A stretch of 63,531 bases of DNA, filler included, from Octopus bimaculoides (Eukaryota), in assembly GCF_001194135.2 (NCBI RefSeq). It is 6 parts of 5 records of this genome, joined end to end, with 100 filler letters (N's around TTAATTAATTAA, not from the genome) between each part and the next. Parts side by side here need not be neighbours in the genome. Positions count along the whole stretch, not along the records: positions 1 to 25,452 come from NC_068984.1; positions 25,553 to 47,312 come from NC_069010.1; 4 more parts are not named here. One strand, written 5' to 3'. Position 1 is the stretch's first letter. Each line of letters opens with the position of its first letter. The translations under genes and the position numbers were made by a program. The notes below the pieces were generated by a model. The model saw nothing but the letters and a program-made list of their open reading frames with translations. It did no database searches and had not been told where the DNA came from. Positions 14,941 to 27,713 of this stretch are shown here, piece by piece.

Positions 14941-15938
14941 ACTTTCTGTATTCCCGAACGTTAAACTAATATATCCTTTTGTTGTTTACACCACCTGTCC
15001 TCGTCTGTTATTGTTTTTTTCGTAAATTCTCCCATACATACATACATATATACATACATATAAATAATAAATTAAATAGAGAAATACAATTAACAATCTA
15101 ACAATTTATATATATGTATGAATATATATGCACACACACAGACACACACACACAATATGTGTTTGAGTGTGTGTGTGTGTATAACCCTGATGTATGATGG
15201 GATTGTCACATCTGGAATGACTTTGAGCATGGACCTTTTCGATTAGTGCTGATCCGAGACAAAACAGTGACAGCAACAGCAGCACCAACAACAACAACAA
15301 TAACAACAGCAGCAATAATGGAGACAACAACAACAACAATATTGAGTCAACGGGGGACACGTCTAAACGTAGTCCGACCTGTGATAATGGCAGCCTGATC
15401 TTCAAATCACACCCTACAGTCTGAAAAAAAGGATACGTTGAATCACGTAATCCTAGATTCTCTTTAAATTGGAAGAAAATGACTGGATGGTCACGGCTGG
15501 AATGCCTGTAAACGTCTTGTCAAAGTTTTTGACCCGGGGCTAAACAGTAACAACAGCGGCGTCAGCAGTAGCAGCGGCGACAACCGCAACAGAATGATAG
15601 CCGTTACTTGGACGCCATTTTGAAGGTTTCTAAGTGTTTAATTTGCGACAGTTAGGGAAGCAGCTGTAGCCCGACTAATTTGTCTGGCCTTCTAGTGGCG
15701 TCGTGTGTGTTTAAGAGAATGGGTAGGGAAGTGTTTGAAAAACACTCTAAGTCATTAACAACCAGCCCTTCTTTTCTTTCCTGCTCTAAAATAATGTAGT
15801 ACGAAGAGAAGGTGCCGAAGCTGATTGGTTGACTGCAGTAGGTGGCAGCAGACATAGTGAAATAATTAGCAAATGCGTCGTTGGCATTCGGTGGGACGGT
15901 TTCAAAGCCTCCAGTGGGCATAACGATATATATTTACA

Positions 15939-16035
<97 letters not shown>

Positions 16036-16535
16036 GCACGCACGCACACACACACACACACATACATACACACCCATCTTTGAAAGGACAAAAACGTTTA
16101 CTGTATTATCATCATCATCATCATCATTACTATCACTATTTCCACCACTATCATTAGCATCCTCCTCCTCACCATTAACGCCATGCCACCACCATCGTCA
16201 CTTAGTAAGCCGAACTCCCACATAGATGCTCTTTCGTTGGCTCGACGCATATATATAGTAAATAAACGCTTACGGAGGGAAACACAAATCAATACTTAAA
16301 TATACGCACATACATACATGTATACATAAACGTATATTAATTAAAAGGATTATTCGTTGAAATATTCGTAGAGATAATTATAATGGATTGTCGATAATTT
16401 TTTCCTTATTTCCTACATACCGATAGAAAAATAGACTTCTTCCAAACTGGTTTGTATAATAACTCAGTAATAATTATACCGTATATGGTGAGTGAATGCA
16501 GTTTTGATGTAGTGCAGAATACAATAACAGATCTT

Positions 16536-17284
16536 GGATCTCTTCAGTTTCGATCACAGATTTTAAAATTATTTTTTCTTAACTAAGAAGTTTGAAACTT
16601 TGTATACTGGTGTAATTTCTCACGCTGAACACGGTTACTTTCAACATTTTTGATAAAATTTCGTATTTTAGAAGTTATTTCGTGTTAGAGTTGTCGCATT
16701 TGGGTAATTTAACCAATCAACGACGTGTATTCAGCTAAAGAAAGTTACTGCTGTTGGCGAAAGCAATTGAAGAGCAACAACTTCCGGATTATCTCTACTA
16801 AATGTGACCACTTTGTTCTAGTTTATTTTTGTTTACTGCCTGTGTTGCATATTACACGCTTTTTTGTTGTTGTCGTTGCTATTCGATCGGTTAGGAATGT
16901 AATTAAAATATTTGGTGGTGGTGCTATTTTACTTTAGTTCTTCGGTGGTTTCATTTTGTAGGAAAACACTTCCTTGCAAAAAATAAATAAATAAAATAAA
17001 ACAGAGCGGTCACATTTAGTAGAGATGACCCGGAAGTTGTTGCTCTTCGATTGCTTTTGCAAACAGCAGTAACTTTCTTCAGCTGAATATACATTGCTCA
17101 TTGGTTAAAATTACCCAAATACGACAACTTTGATACGAAATAACTTCTAAAATAGGAAATTTTGTCACAAATGTTGTAAGTAAACCGTGTTCAGCGTGAG
17201 AAATTACACCAGTATAAGAAGTTTCAAACTGATTAGTTAAAAAAAAGTAATTAAAAAAATATGTGATTGAAACTGAAGAGATCC
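16536..17284. mobile_element. Palindromic MITE with GGATC termini (Merlin-like)
   Basis: ~280-bp inverted arms; 8-bp TSD CAGATCTT at 16528-35 and 17285-92. Confidence 0.85.
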
Positions 17285-18389
17285 CAGATCTTAATTCATA
17301 TGCATAAATGTGTTTATGAGAATGTACATTCATATTTTCGAGTTTTGCGTGGCTAATTGAATAATGTGACGCAGAAAATATTCATATATACTTTCATATT
17401 TGTAAATTAAAAATATGCTCATGTATATAAATGGACGATAGTAAAGAGCTAATATAGAAAACGTACGATGAATTTATTCTGTACGTATTAGACAAAGAAT
17501 AACACCCAAGATTGAAAGGGAACGATATGATACAGTTTACTCATAACTACTAAGTGAAAATCTCAAGCGCAACGAGATAGAAACCAATTTTACTTTTGTT
17601 TAAATATCTTTTAAATGGCTCACAAGCTACAAGTCACTAATAGCCTAAACTAACAACAGTGAAACTAAAGCAATTCTGCTTTCAATTAATCAAAAATGAC
17701 TGGTAGACTACAAGTCTCTGGCTGTACAAAATAATACAATTGACAACAGTTCGATTTAACTAGTCAAAAATGGCTGACAAACTACAAGTCACTGATTGGC
17801 CAACACAACGCACGTGACAAAAACAGTGAAACCTTTATGTCAGTGGTCGAAAAGAGTCTCTTCATATATATGCATGAATGTATGCATCTAGGTATACATG
17901 TTTGCATACATACATGGATGCATATATACAAATAGCTATTCAGACATAATGTATACATGTGTATGAAGCTTACATACATATATGTGTACCTATTTTGATG
18001 CATAAATGCGCGCGCGCACACACACGGGCGTCCATACGGCTTTCTTCGACCAAATTTACTTACAGTGCATTCGTCGCTCCGGGCTATAGTAAAAAACACT
18101 TGCTCAAGCTGGGAGCGAACTTAGAACCATAGTCGTTGAAAAACAAACTTTTTGCTACACAGCCATGCCTGTGCTGTTGAGGCTTTGACGCCATGTTAAA
18201 GATAGAACAAAATTAAGACACCTCTGTCACATTAATCAGAAATTTACTGTAACTTCATATTTGTACATGTAATTACTGGCGCGCTTGATTATAACTGCCT
18301 CAGCGCCAATCATCAGAAGCAGCTGGTTGCTTGCTTGCGACAGACAGTCGGTATTCTCGGAACGTTCGTTCTCCGCAGGCGCCACCCAC

Positions 18390-19265
18390 CTGATTCAGGC
18401 GGGACTGAGGGCATTGACCTTCCGTACGATAGCACGTCGACCTCCGGTAGTTTCGGCCTGTACGGTTTCTCCGATGGCTCGCTTTGCCTAGTATCCAAAG
18501 CAGACAGTGCCTTCACTGAGAAAGAAGTCTGGTTTCACAAAACCAGCAGAGTCATGACTAATTAGGAAATTACAACTAGAAACCTTTAATGGAATTTAAA
18601 ATGCCCAAAACCTTCCTGAAGATTAGTCTGTGTGGTATATGCACACATACATTGACGTATATATATGAACACATAAGTTAAAACAGATTCCAGATTCACA
18701 AACACAATTACATGCATGATTATACATACATACATGCATACATACATACATACATACATGCATGCATACATACATATATACATACATACATACATGCATA
18801 CGTACATACATACATACATACATACATGCATATACATACATACATACATACATACATACATACATACGTACATACATGCGCACATGCATACATACATACA
18901 TGCATGAATACATACATACATACATACATACATACATACATAGAAACGTGACTACCGAGTTGATTCAGTCTGAATTTGAATGACAGAGCCTTAGTTCTGG
19001 GCTGGAGACCGTCTCTCTCTCTCTTGGTGAAAAATTTCAAAAACCCAACGAACGTACTTAGACTAAATCGCAATATCTTGTAACCGATTAGGTCGCTGCT
19101 CTACTGGAGATCTCATTTTCATAAAAACATAAAAAGCAGATACACTGGAATGGTTTCACATTGCCTTCTCTTGGCTCATGAGAGGATTACCTAAATTACC
19201 TAAGTAGTATATACTAACCAAACATGTCAAAGAACACCTTTGAAATATATCATTCAATACCGCGT

Positions 19266-19316
<51 letters not shown>

Positions 19317-21289
19317 CAGGCATACCCATATACACTTCGTACTATGAAATTTAGGACGGGTGGTATTTTTAATTGATTTTGATATTTTTGAAAATTTTTA
19401 TATCTAACAGTGTTGTTGATTGAGCGAAAGAAATGAAAAAGAAAAATCTTATTAAATTTAGGATTTAGGTAAATGCTATATCACAGTAACACTATATTGT
19501 TATTGCAAAACTTAAATGTATATAATTCATATTGAATATTAGCTACACAGTAGAAAAGTTGTGAAAGCGAAAAAGAAAAAAAAAATTGTTTTTCATAAAG
19601 TTAATCAAAGCAAATCTCCCATGCTGCGATTTGTAATATTTTACATCACACTCATATTAGTATTATTTCTCATGCATATATTACATCATATGTATTACTT
19701 CGTGTGTGTACACACACACACACACACACACCAACGGACCCGGAACACGTGAGGCCCTTCAGCTCTTTAGCTGTTCATCTAAGAAAACGCAACTCTGTAC
19801 AAATCCTGCATCATGATGATTACGGGGCTTGTCGCCCTTGTCCACGTAAGTGGCCAATGGGTGATGATCGTTTCCACAGACTTGGGGACAGATGTAGATT
19901 TCATTATACACCCTTAAGATGACAGAGCAGACTTCTTTAGATGCAACATTTCTCTCCTTTATTTCATTGCAGCCATGCCTTGTTGAATCCTCGTTTATCG
20001 AAGCAACAAAACAGAAAGAGTGAGTGTGTGTGTGTGTGTGTGTTTGTGTCAATTTTCCACATCTTACAGGATAAAAAAAAACTGACCTCTCAACTGGTCA
20101 GTATGTAAACTCAGAAAAGAACATAATCCAGATATCAGTACCATCACTTTAACACTACAGCATATTGACATGCGAAGTTTTTACATAATTAATGGAATGG
20201 GGCGAGTGACAGTCAGACAAAAGGGCTTGAGTTATTTGGTCACGACCGTTCACGTTCTGGTCACAAATCCTGCTGAAGTTGACTTTATCTTTCATACTCC
20301 AGGATTCGATAAAGTAATGTACAACAGACGTGAGTGGAAGTCGATTTATTCGACTTTACCCTCTCCCCAAAATGTTCAAAAATTTTTCCAATGCTAAAAG
20401 TAATTATAGTTTTGAAATTCATAACGTTTTAATGTTTCCGGTAAATGTTCAACGGTTGATTACAATTTATTACATACTCCACTCAGATATTCCGTTGGAT
20501 TTGTTTCCACTTGAATTTTAAAAAAATAAGTTTCCTCTCGACTAAATTCAATCTTTAATGAAACAGAGTTGAAATTTTTGATATTTTGTTTCTTTCGTAA
20601 TGAAATGTATGTGGGATGTTCAAGATTAACAAGTGAAAATATCTTTTATATATCTAGATATAAAATAAGATTAACTGAATTATATCTTCGACAGAGAAGT
20701 ATTACATTCGTTATCGGTAAAACTTTTTGCTTTGTTTCATGCAGATACCCTCAGAATATTAACTAGCAAATGTGTATACTATGTTTTATGGATATCATGA
20801 ATGATAAATAATAATCTGTATGTATCTGTATGAAACACAAGTTCACAATATAAATTAGTAAGTAATTATCAAAATGCCACAAAACAAAATAATTCCGCCT
20901 AATCCTAAACTAACATTAAAACACATTTTACAAAAACACCAACACTAAAAATTCTCCCTGTCAACAATAAACCTTTAGGTTACTGAAGAAAGAAACTTTG
21001 GATGACTAATGCAACCAACAAATTTATATGCAAACATGGAAGTGTAAATTCTATGACTAACAGTTGCTTTGGACATACGTGTATCACACTTTGTCGTCAG
21101 CTGACTATGCATTTACAACTCTGAGTCATTGCGATATTATTACGCAATGCATGAAAAAACATGGTTCGATCATACCTGCGCTCAGAGCAGTTGATCGAAG
21201 AAAATTCCAATCTTCAGTCATTTCAAACATATCCTCCATACCATTTGTTTCACCATAGCAATCGGACAGGAAAAATCTGCCCGCTCTTC
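18390..21289 (-). CDS. Candidate minus-strand gene of unknown function: exons 21176-21289 (ATG at 21239) and 18390-18515
   Basis: Exon A: acceptor TTTCTCTCGCAAG, donor GTATGA. Exon B: acceptor CTTCTTTCTCAG, donor GTGGGT. Phase 1 matches, giving MEDMFEMTEDWNFLRSTALSAVKALSALDTRQSEPSEKPYRPKLPEVDVLSYGRSMPSVPPES. No recognisable homology. Confidence 0.35.
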
Positions 21290-21789
21290 CTTGCGAGAGA
21301 AATATAATTGAGTGGTTTTTAGCAGAGTCAGTTACTGATATATCTGTCCCATACGCAAAGATAACTGTGCGATATAATTCCACAAATTATCATTTCTCGG
21401 ACATAGAATGAATAAAGTAAGAATGTTAAAGTTTACCTTCAAAATGTTATTTTACCGACCCCTGAAGTTTGAGAAGCAAATGTAACCATAGCAGGACTTG
21501 CACCTAGAACGTAAAGAGTATAAACCAAAGTTCGCAAGCTCTTTTGTCCGACATTCTAACGATTCTGCCACTCCACTCTTAATTATGTTAACAGCTTTCC
21601 GTGTCAAATGTGTCAGAGTCTTAAAGTTATGGTCCTGGGGCCAAGATTGTTCTTTTCTGGGTCCACATACAAACCAAATGTGAGCTCCAAAAACATTGCT
21701 CAACCAAAAGCTTTTAGAAAGTCCACCGAAAATTGCTCCTGAGTACATGACTAATATCCCCCAATCGATCGTTTCTCATTCATGCCACG

Positions 21790-22130
21790 AGCATTCTAGA
21801 GAACTAGTACAGGGCTGTGAGCGCGTGGCAATATTCCAGATGCCAAACATCCATCCTTAGTCTACGGTGGACACAAGCTTGCACCTCGCTTAAGCAGACG
21901 TGTCTAACAAAAAATGACCTCGGACGCTCTCAGCAGATGTCGCAGGCCTTTGGCTTATGTCGCACTATTATCACCCACATTCAACTCACTCCCGATTCCA
22001 AGATCGTCTGGTGGCAGATAGATCTCTTGAGTAGCGAACCTAGACCCTTCCAAAAAAGCCGAAAAAGCTGGCGATCGAATCTGGTCAGCTATCCTTTGGA
22101 ACATTGGAACGACACACTAACAGAGCAATG
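21790..22130 (+). mobile_element. Probable RTE-type LINE 3' remnant
   Basis: IPDAKHPSLVYGG resembles the RTE C-terminal motif MPD.RIPK.LLYGEL; heavily decayed. Confidence 0.35.
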
Positions 22131-22499
22131 TAGTTACTCGTCACCTCCACCTTACCTTCCTCTCAGCTCATATGCACAAACACACACACATGCGCACTCA
22201 GACACACACGCACGCACGCACATATACATGCGTAGAGCAAGCCCCCAATTTAATAGATTGGTAATAGGGGTAGAAGTGGTCTATTATTTTCAAAAGTCCG
22301 TTACATTGAAGATAACCTTAGGGCCATGTTTTTTTTTATCGTTTTAAGGTAAAAAAAAACAAAGACTCTAGTACAATATACTTTGGTGTACATGACAGAA
22401 TTATCTAACTACAACATGGGTGGTGAGAAATGGAGTGACAAATAGATCGAGAGAGCCTGAATGGTGGAAGTCCATAGCCAGCCAGCTCCAAGAAACAGG

Positions 22500-23370
22500 T
22501 GTCATTAAAGTTGTGATAGAAAGGACAGAGAGAGGTGATAGTACACCTGTGGACCAGAGGCTGGCGTCTGTCTGTTAGTTATTGAATGCCGATTACTGGA
22601 GTGGCCTTTCTCTACATGCAGGTGCGGGATGTCAGAGTGTAAAGTAGCAGTGCCATCCCAGATATCGGAACTGTATACTATTGTGGGCTTCACTTGAACC
22701 TTGTAGAGTATTTTCACACCTTGAAAAGAAGGGCCAGTCTTTGTAATGTGATCCAAGTTATGCCAAGGATGTGATTTCGCCAGGAGAAATCCCCAGTAAC
22801 TGCGAGTCCCAGCATTTGAAGCGACTGTGGGAGTTATGGATGCTATTCATGCTTAGAGGAGGTACGGTGCAGTAATATCTTTTTGGGATAATAGTAGTGC
22901 TTGAGTTTTTTTTTGTTTTGTTTTTTTGCTGTCAGAATAGTCAAGATCCACATGGTTCCATTAGAAGATGCACCCAAAGTTTCCATTTATGGAATCAGGC
23001 TTGACATGTGTTCATGTTGTGTGAGGATGTTACATTGTTAGGTAAAATTAAGTAGGAATGACGGATCGTATCATCTAGAGGTAAGCAGGTCATTAATGCA
23101 TAGAAGGAAGAGAGTGAGAGACGAAACCGAACCCTGGGGAACGCCAAAGTTGAGTGAGAGCTGTATGGAAGCATCTCCTCCCTACATATCCCGATGAGCT
23201 ACCAATCCAAAAGATGAGAGATGGGTGGAGCCTGTAGGCGGGAAGTATTGGTAGATTTGTATTCCAGAAACGGTTGAAGATTTTGCTGATGTCTAGGGCA
23301 ATGACATCGCTTTTTGCAATGTTGCTGCTGCAGACACTGAATTCAGTATCAACAAATACCTGTTGTAAAC
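22500..23370 (-). mobile_element. CR1-like LINE reverse transcriptase remnant
   Basis: ALDISKIFNRFW..LPAYRLHPSLIFWI (cf. LDISKAFDRVWH), a GVPQG-equivalent region, and LYKVQVKPTIVYSSDIW (cf. LYK..IRP.LEY.S.IW). Confidence 0.7.
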
Positions 23371-23680
23371 CCGGTATGCATACATATATGTATATGTATG
23401 CATGTGTGTGTATGCATGAATGTATGTATATATATGTATGTATGCATATATGTATGCATGTATGTATGTGTGTGCATATATATGTGTTTGTGTATGTGTG
23501 TGTAATATGAGAAAGATGTATATCTGGGAGTGTATTTGAGTGTATTTCTATGTATATATGAGTCTGTGTGTGCGCACGCAATGTATGTACGTGTTCTGGT
23601 ACTTGTCATGCACCTGTACCACCGCAGTCCATTATTCTTGCTGCGCCCACCACACTCACAACATCCTTACATACGACAGT

Positions 23681-23730
<50 letters not shown>

Positions 23731-25403
23731 TGACAGTTGTTTGTAAAAGCCACTTTTGAATTCGTGGACCCTTTTCAATAGCTCAGACCCAACAAGTCCT
23801 TTAAATTGTTGCCTCTTTACATCCCTTCTTCCCGCTCCACCTAGTTCTCTCCTACAACCTCTTCCTCTTCCTCCACCACCACCACCACCACCACCCATAC
23901 CCATCTGTTGTCCTGCTCCTACAGGCCTCTCCTAACCCTATCATACACACCCATATACATAACCGTTTCAGGCTTTAACACACCTTCTCTTGAAAGCTTC
24001 GCCTCTTCCTGCCGTTGGCCTCTCCTTCTCCTGTACCTGAATATTAACCTCTAACACCCCTCCCCCCACCACCACCACTACCATTACCACCACTGTCACC
24101 TCTACCACCACCCTTACCACCACCATCACCACCACAACCACCACAACACCACAAACAACAATAACAATGACAGAAAACGTTGCCACCCTCTTTCTCCCAC
24201 CGATTCATTTTACACCACCGCCACAACCNNNNNNNNNNNNNNNNNNNNNNNNNNNNNNNNNNNNNNNNNNNNNNNNNNNNNNNNNNNNNNNNNNNNNNNN
24301 NNNNNNNNNNNNNNNNNNNNNNNNNNNNNNNNNNNNNNNNNNNNNNNNNNNNNNNNNNNNNNNNNNNNNNNNNNNNNNNNNNNNNNNNNNNNNNNNNNNN
24401 NNNNNNNNNNNNNNNNNNNNNNNNNNNNNNNNNNNNNNNNNNNNNNNNNNNNNNNNNNNNNNNNNNNNNNNNNNNNNNNNNNNNNNNNNNNNNNNNNNNN
24501 NNNNNNNNNNNNNNNNNNNNNNNNNNNNNNNNNNNNNNNNNNNNNNNNNNNNNNNNNNNNNNNNNNNNNNNNNNNNNNNNNNNNNNNNNNNNNNNNNNNN
24601 NNNNNNNNNNNNNNNNNNNNNNNNNNNNNNNNNNNNNNNNNNNNNNNNNNNNNNNNNNNNNNNNNNNNNNNNNNNNNNNNNNNNNNNNNNNNNNNNNNNN
24701 NNNNNNNNNNNNNNNNNNNNNNNNNNNNNNNNNNNNNNNNNNNNNNNNNNNNNNNNNNNNNNNNNNNNNNNNNNNNNNNNNNNNNNNNNNNNNNNNNNNN
24801 NNNNNNNNNNNNNNNNNNNNNNNNNNNNNNNNNNNNNNNNNNNNNNNNNNNNNNCTACGTCTCACCAAAACATTAAATATGTGTATATACACATACATAC
24901 ATAATACACACATACATACATACATACATACACACACATGCATACAGACACGCACACACACATACATACAACATACATAAATACATACATACATACATAC
25001 ATGCTTGCATGCATGCATACATACATACATACATACATACGTACATAATACATACATACCTACATACATACATGCATACATACATACATACATACATACA
25101 TACATGCATACATACATACATACATGCAATCATATAGCAATGCACACATACACACACACACCCCAAAGAAAGAAAGCCCACCTGCAACATCCTGTGGAAA
25201 GCAGACGTTGGCTTCAGCTATTATTTAACATCTCGGATCTTTCTACACGGTATGTAAAAGAGAGGCGGGGGGGAAAGAGAGAGAGAGAGAGAGAGTGAGA
25301 GAGAGAGAGTGATAGAAAGACAGAGAGGGAGAAAGAGAGAAGGGCGGATAAAGAGAGAGGGAGAGAATATAATGATGTGAGATAGATAGATAGATAGATA
25401 AAT

Positions 25404-25439
<36 letters not shown>

Positions 25440-25552
25440 ATATGAGTGAGAGNNNNNNNNNNNNNNNNNNNNNNNNNNNNNNNNNNNNNNNNNNNNTTAA
25501 TTAATTAANNNNNNNNNNNNNNNNNNNNNNNNNNNNNNNNNNNNNNNNNNNN

Positions 25553-25585
<33 letters not shown>

Positions 25586-25589
25586 TTAT

Positions 25590-26000
25590 ATATATATGGC
25601 ACCATGATGGATTCTTTTTATATGGTACCAGCACAGATGCTTTTTGCATGGTACTATCATGGTGCTTTTTATGTGTTCAGGACAAGTGTTTTATGTGGTA
25701 CCAACACAGTTGCTTTTCATGTGGTACCAGCACACTTGCTTTTCATGTGGTACCAGCACAAGTGCTTTTCATGCGGTGCCAGCACAGGTCCTTTTTATGT
25801 GGTGCCAGCACTCTTACTTTTCATGTGGTACCAGCACAAGTGCTTTTCATGCGGTGCCAGCATGGATGCTTTTTATGTGGTACCATTGTGGATGCTTTTT
25901 ATGTGGTACCATCATGGATGCTTTTTACATGATACCAGCTTGGTGCCCTTTTATATGGCACCTGCACAGGTGCCTTCTACATGACACCAGCACAATAACA
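25590..26000. repeat. ~21-22-bp minisatellite (TGCTTTTCATGTGGTACCAGCAC-like)
   Basis: Many visible imperfect tandem units. Confidence 0.9.
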
Positions 26001-26066
26001 AAAATGTTAATCCTTAAGCAAGACAAACCACTTTAATTTGTACCCTTTTCCCTCTTTCTTCCCCAG

Positions 26067-26156
26067 TGCATTACACGGGGTTCTTTGAATTTGCTGACGA
26101 ACCTTTCGATTCCAGCAGACTGAGAGGGGAAGTCTTCAAGTTCCGACTAAGAAAAG
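26067..26156 (+). CDS. FKBP6: FKBP6 exon (FKBP domain: HYTGFFEFADEPFDSSRLRGEVFKFRLRK)
   Basis: Polypyrimidine tract + CAG acceptor, GTAAGT donor, phase 1/1. Confidence 0.9.
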
Positions 26157-27678
26157 GTAAGTTAATACTTCATCGTTCTAATGTATCTTTGTATGTTCCC
26201 TAATCTTGTCATGTATTCTGGGCTGTTGTTGTTGTTTGATCCCAGGCTATCCCTGATCCCAGTGGTTAGGGGAGCGGACTCACGGTCATAGGATCGCGGT
26301 TTCGATTCCCAGACCGGGCGTTGTGAGTGTTTATTGAGCGAAAACACCTAAAGCTCCACGAGGCTCCGGCAGGGGATGGTGGCGGAACCCTGCTGTACTC
26401 TTTCACCACAACTTTCTCTCACTCTTATTTCCTGTTTCTGTTGTGCCTGTAATTCAAAGGGTCAGCCTTGTCACACTGTGTCACGCTGAATCTCCCCGAG
26501 AACTACGTTAAGGGTACACGTGTCTGTGGAGTGCTCAGCCACTTGCATGTTAATTTAATGAGCAGGTTGTTCTGTTGATCAGATCAACTGGAAGAGGATG
26601 TGACAAGACTGACCCTTTTTTTTTTTTTNNNNNNNNNNNNNNNNNNNNNNNNNNNNNNNNNNNNNNNNNNNNNNNNNNNNNNNNNNNNNNNNNNNNNNNN
26701 NNNNNNNNNNNNNNNNNNNNNNNNNNNNNNNNNNNNNNNNNNNNNNNNNNNNNNNNNNNNNNNNNNNNNNNNNNNNNNNNNNNNNNNNNNNNNNNNNNNN
26801 NNNNNNNNNNNNNNNNNNNNNNNNNNNNNNNNNNNNNNNNNNNNNNNNNNNNNNNNNNNNNNNNNNNNNNNNNNNNNNNNNNNNNNNNNNNNNNNNNNNN
26901 NNNNNNNNNNNNNNNNNNNNNNNNNNNNNNNNNNNNNNNNNNNNNNNNNNNNNNNNNNNNNNNNNNNNNNNNNNNNNNNNNNNNNNNNNNNNNNNNNNNN
27001 NNNNNNNNNNNNNNNNNNNNNNNNNNNNNNNNNNNNNNNNNNNNNNNNNNNNNNNNNNNNNNNNNNNNNNNNNNNNNNNNNNNNNTTTTTTTTTTTTTTT
27101 TTTTTTTTTCCAGGGTCTAGGTAAAACGTCCAGTGTAGAGACCCAGAATAAAATTAAGTTTGAAATGTTGACACAAGGCCAGCAATTTCAATGCAGGGTG
27201 GGGAGTTGATTGTTTCACCACCCCCGGTACCCGAAGGGACAAGTTGACCTCGGAATAATTTGAACATAATGATGCGTTGATGAAAGACATGGCTCTTGGC
27301 TCTTCCTAATTTATCATTCCAATGATATTCTGTTCATTACAGATATGGTAATCCCTGGCTGGGTGATAGCTGTGACCACCATGCAGGTTGGAGAGCTGTC
27401 GCGGTTTCTAATCAGCCCCGAGTATGGATTTGGTGACTTTGGTTGTCCACCTAGGATCCCCAAAGCCATCACAGGTCAGTATTTCCATTTATTGAATTTT
27501 ACCATTTTGGTGCCATCAATCATGTGATAGAATACTGATTTTCATTGAGTCAATCACTGGTCGATGGCAATTGTTGATGTTGCATGACTTCCGGTTATGG
27601 AAGTCCTGGGGCCGATTTGTTCGACTAAAGGCGGTGCTCCAGCATGGCTGCAGTCAAAAGGACTGAAACGAATAAAAG

Positions 27679-27713
<35 letters not shown>

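Noticed and set aside
14004-15440. Possible + strand exons (..DPDWESEFIR | ADPRQNSDSN..)
   Set aside because: The phases match, but the acceptors are weak, the sequence is low-complexity and there is no homology; support is insufficient.
18586-19073. MYVC/HTYI-repeat ORFs, also at 24862-25298, 48166-48767 and elsewhere
   Set aside because: They are (CATA)n and (TATC)n microsatellite translations.
19769-19845. Possible + strand exon (VHLRKRNSVQILHHDDYGACRPCP) with a GTAAGT donor
   Set aside because: I could not link it in phase to any recognisable gene; it does not resemble the FKBP6 N-terminus.
25175-25249. Candidate upstream FKBP6 exon ending at GTATGT
   Set aside because: The phase-compatible frame lacks FKBP motifs and there is no good acceptor.
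25497-25508. TTAATTAATTAA flanked by N-runs, repeated at 47357, 59004, 60894 and 62472
   Set aside because: An identical 12-mer with stops in all six frames, centred in similar-sized gaps, is an assembly linker rather than biological sequence.
25590-26000. Regular short repeats that could suggest a CRISPR array (also 30065-31500 and 32705-33362)
   Set aside because: There are no unique spacers and no cas genes, and the context is eukaryotic; these are minisatellites.
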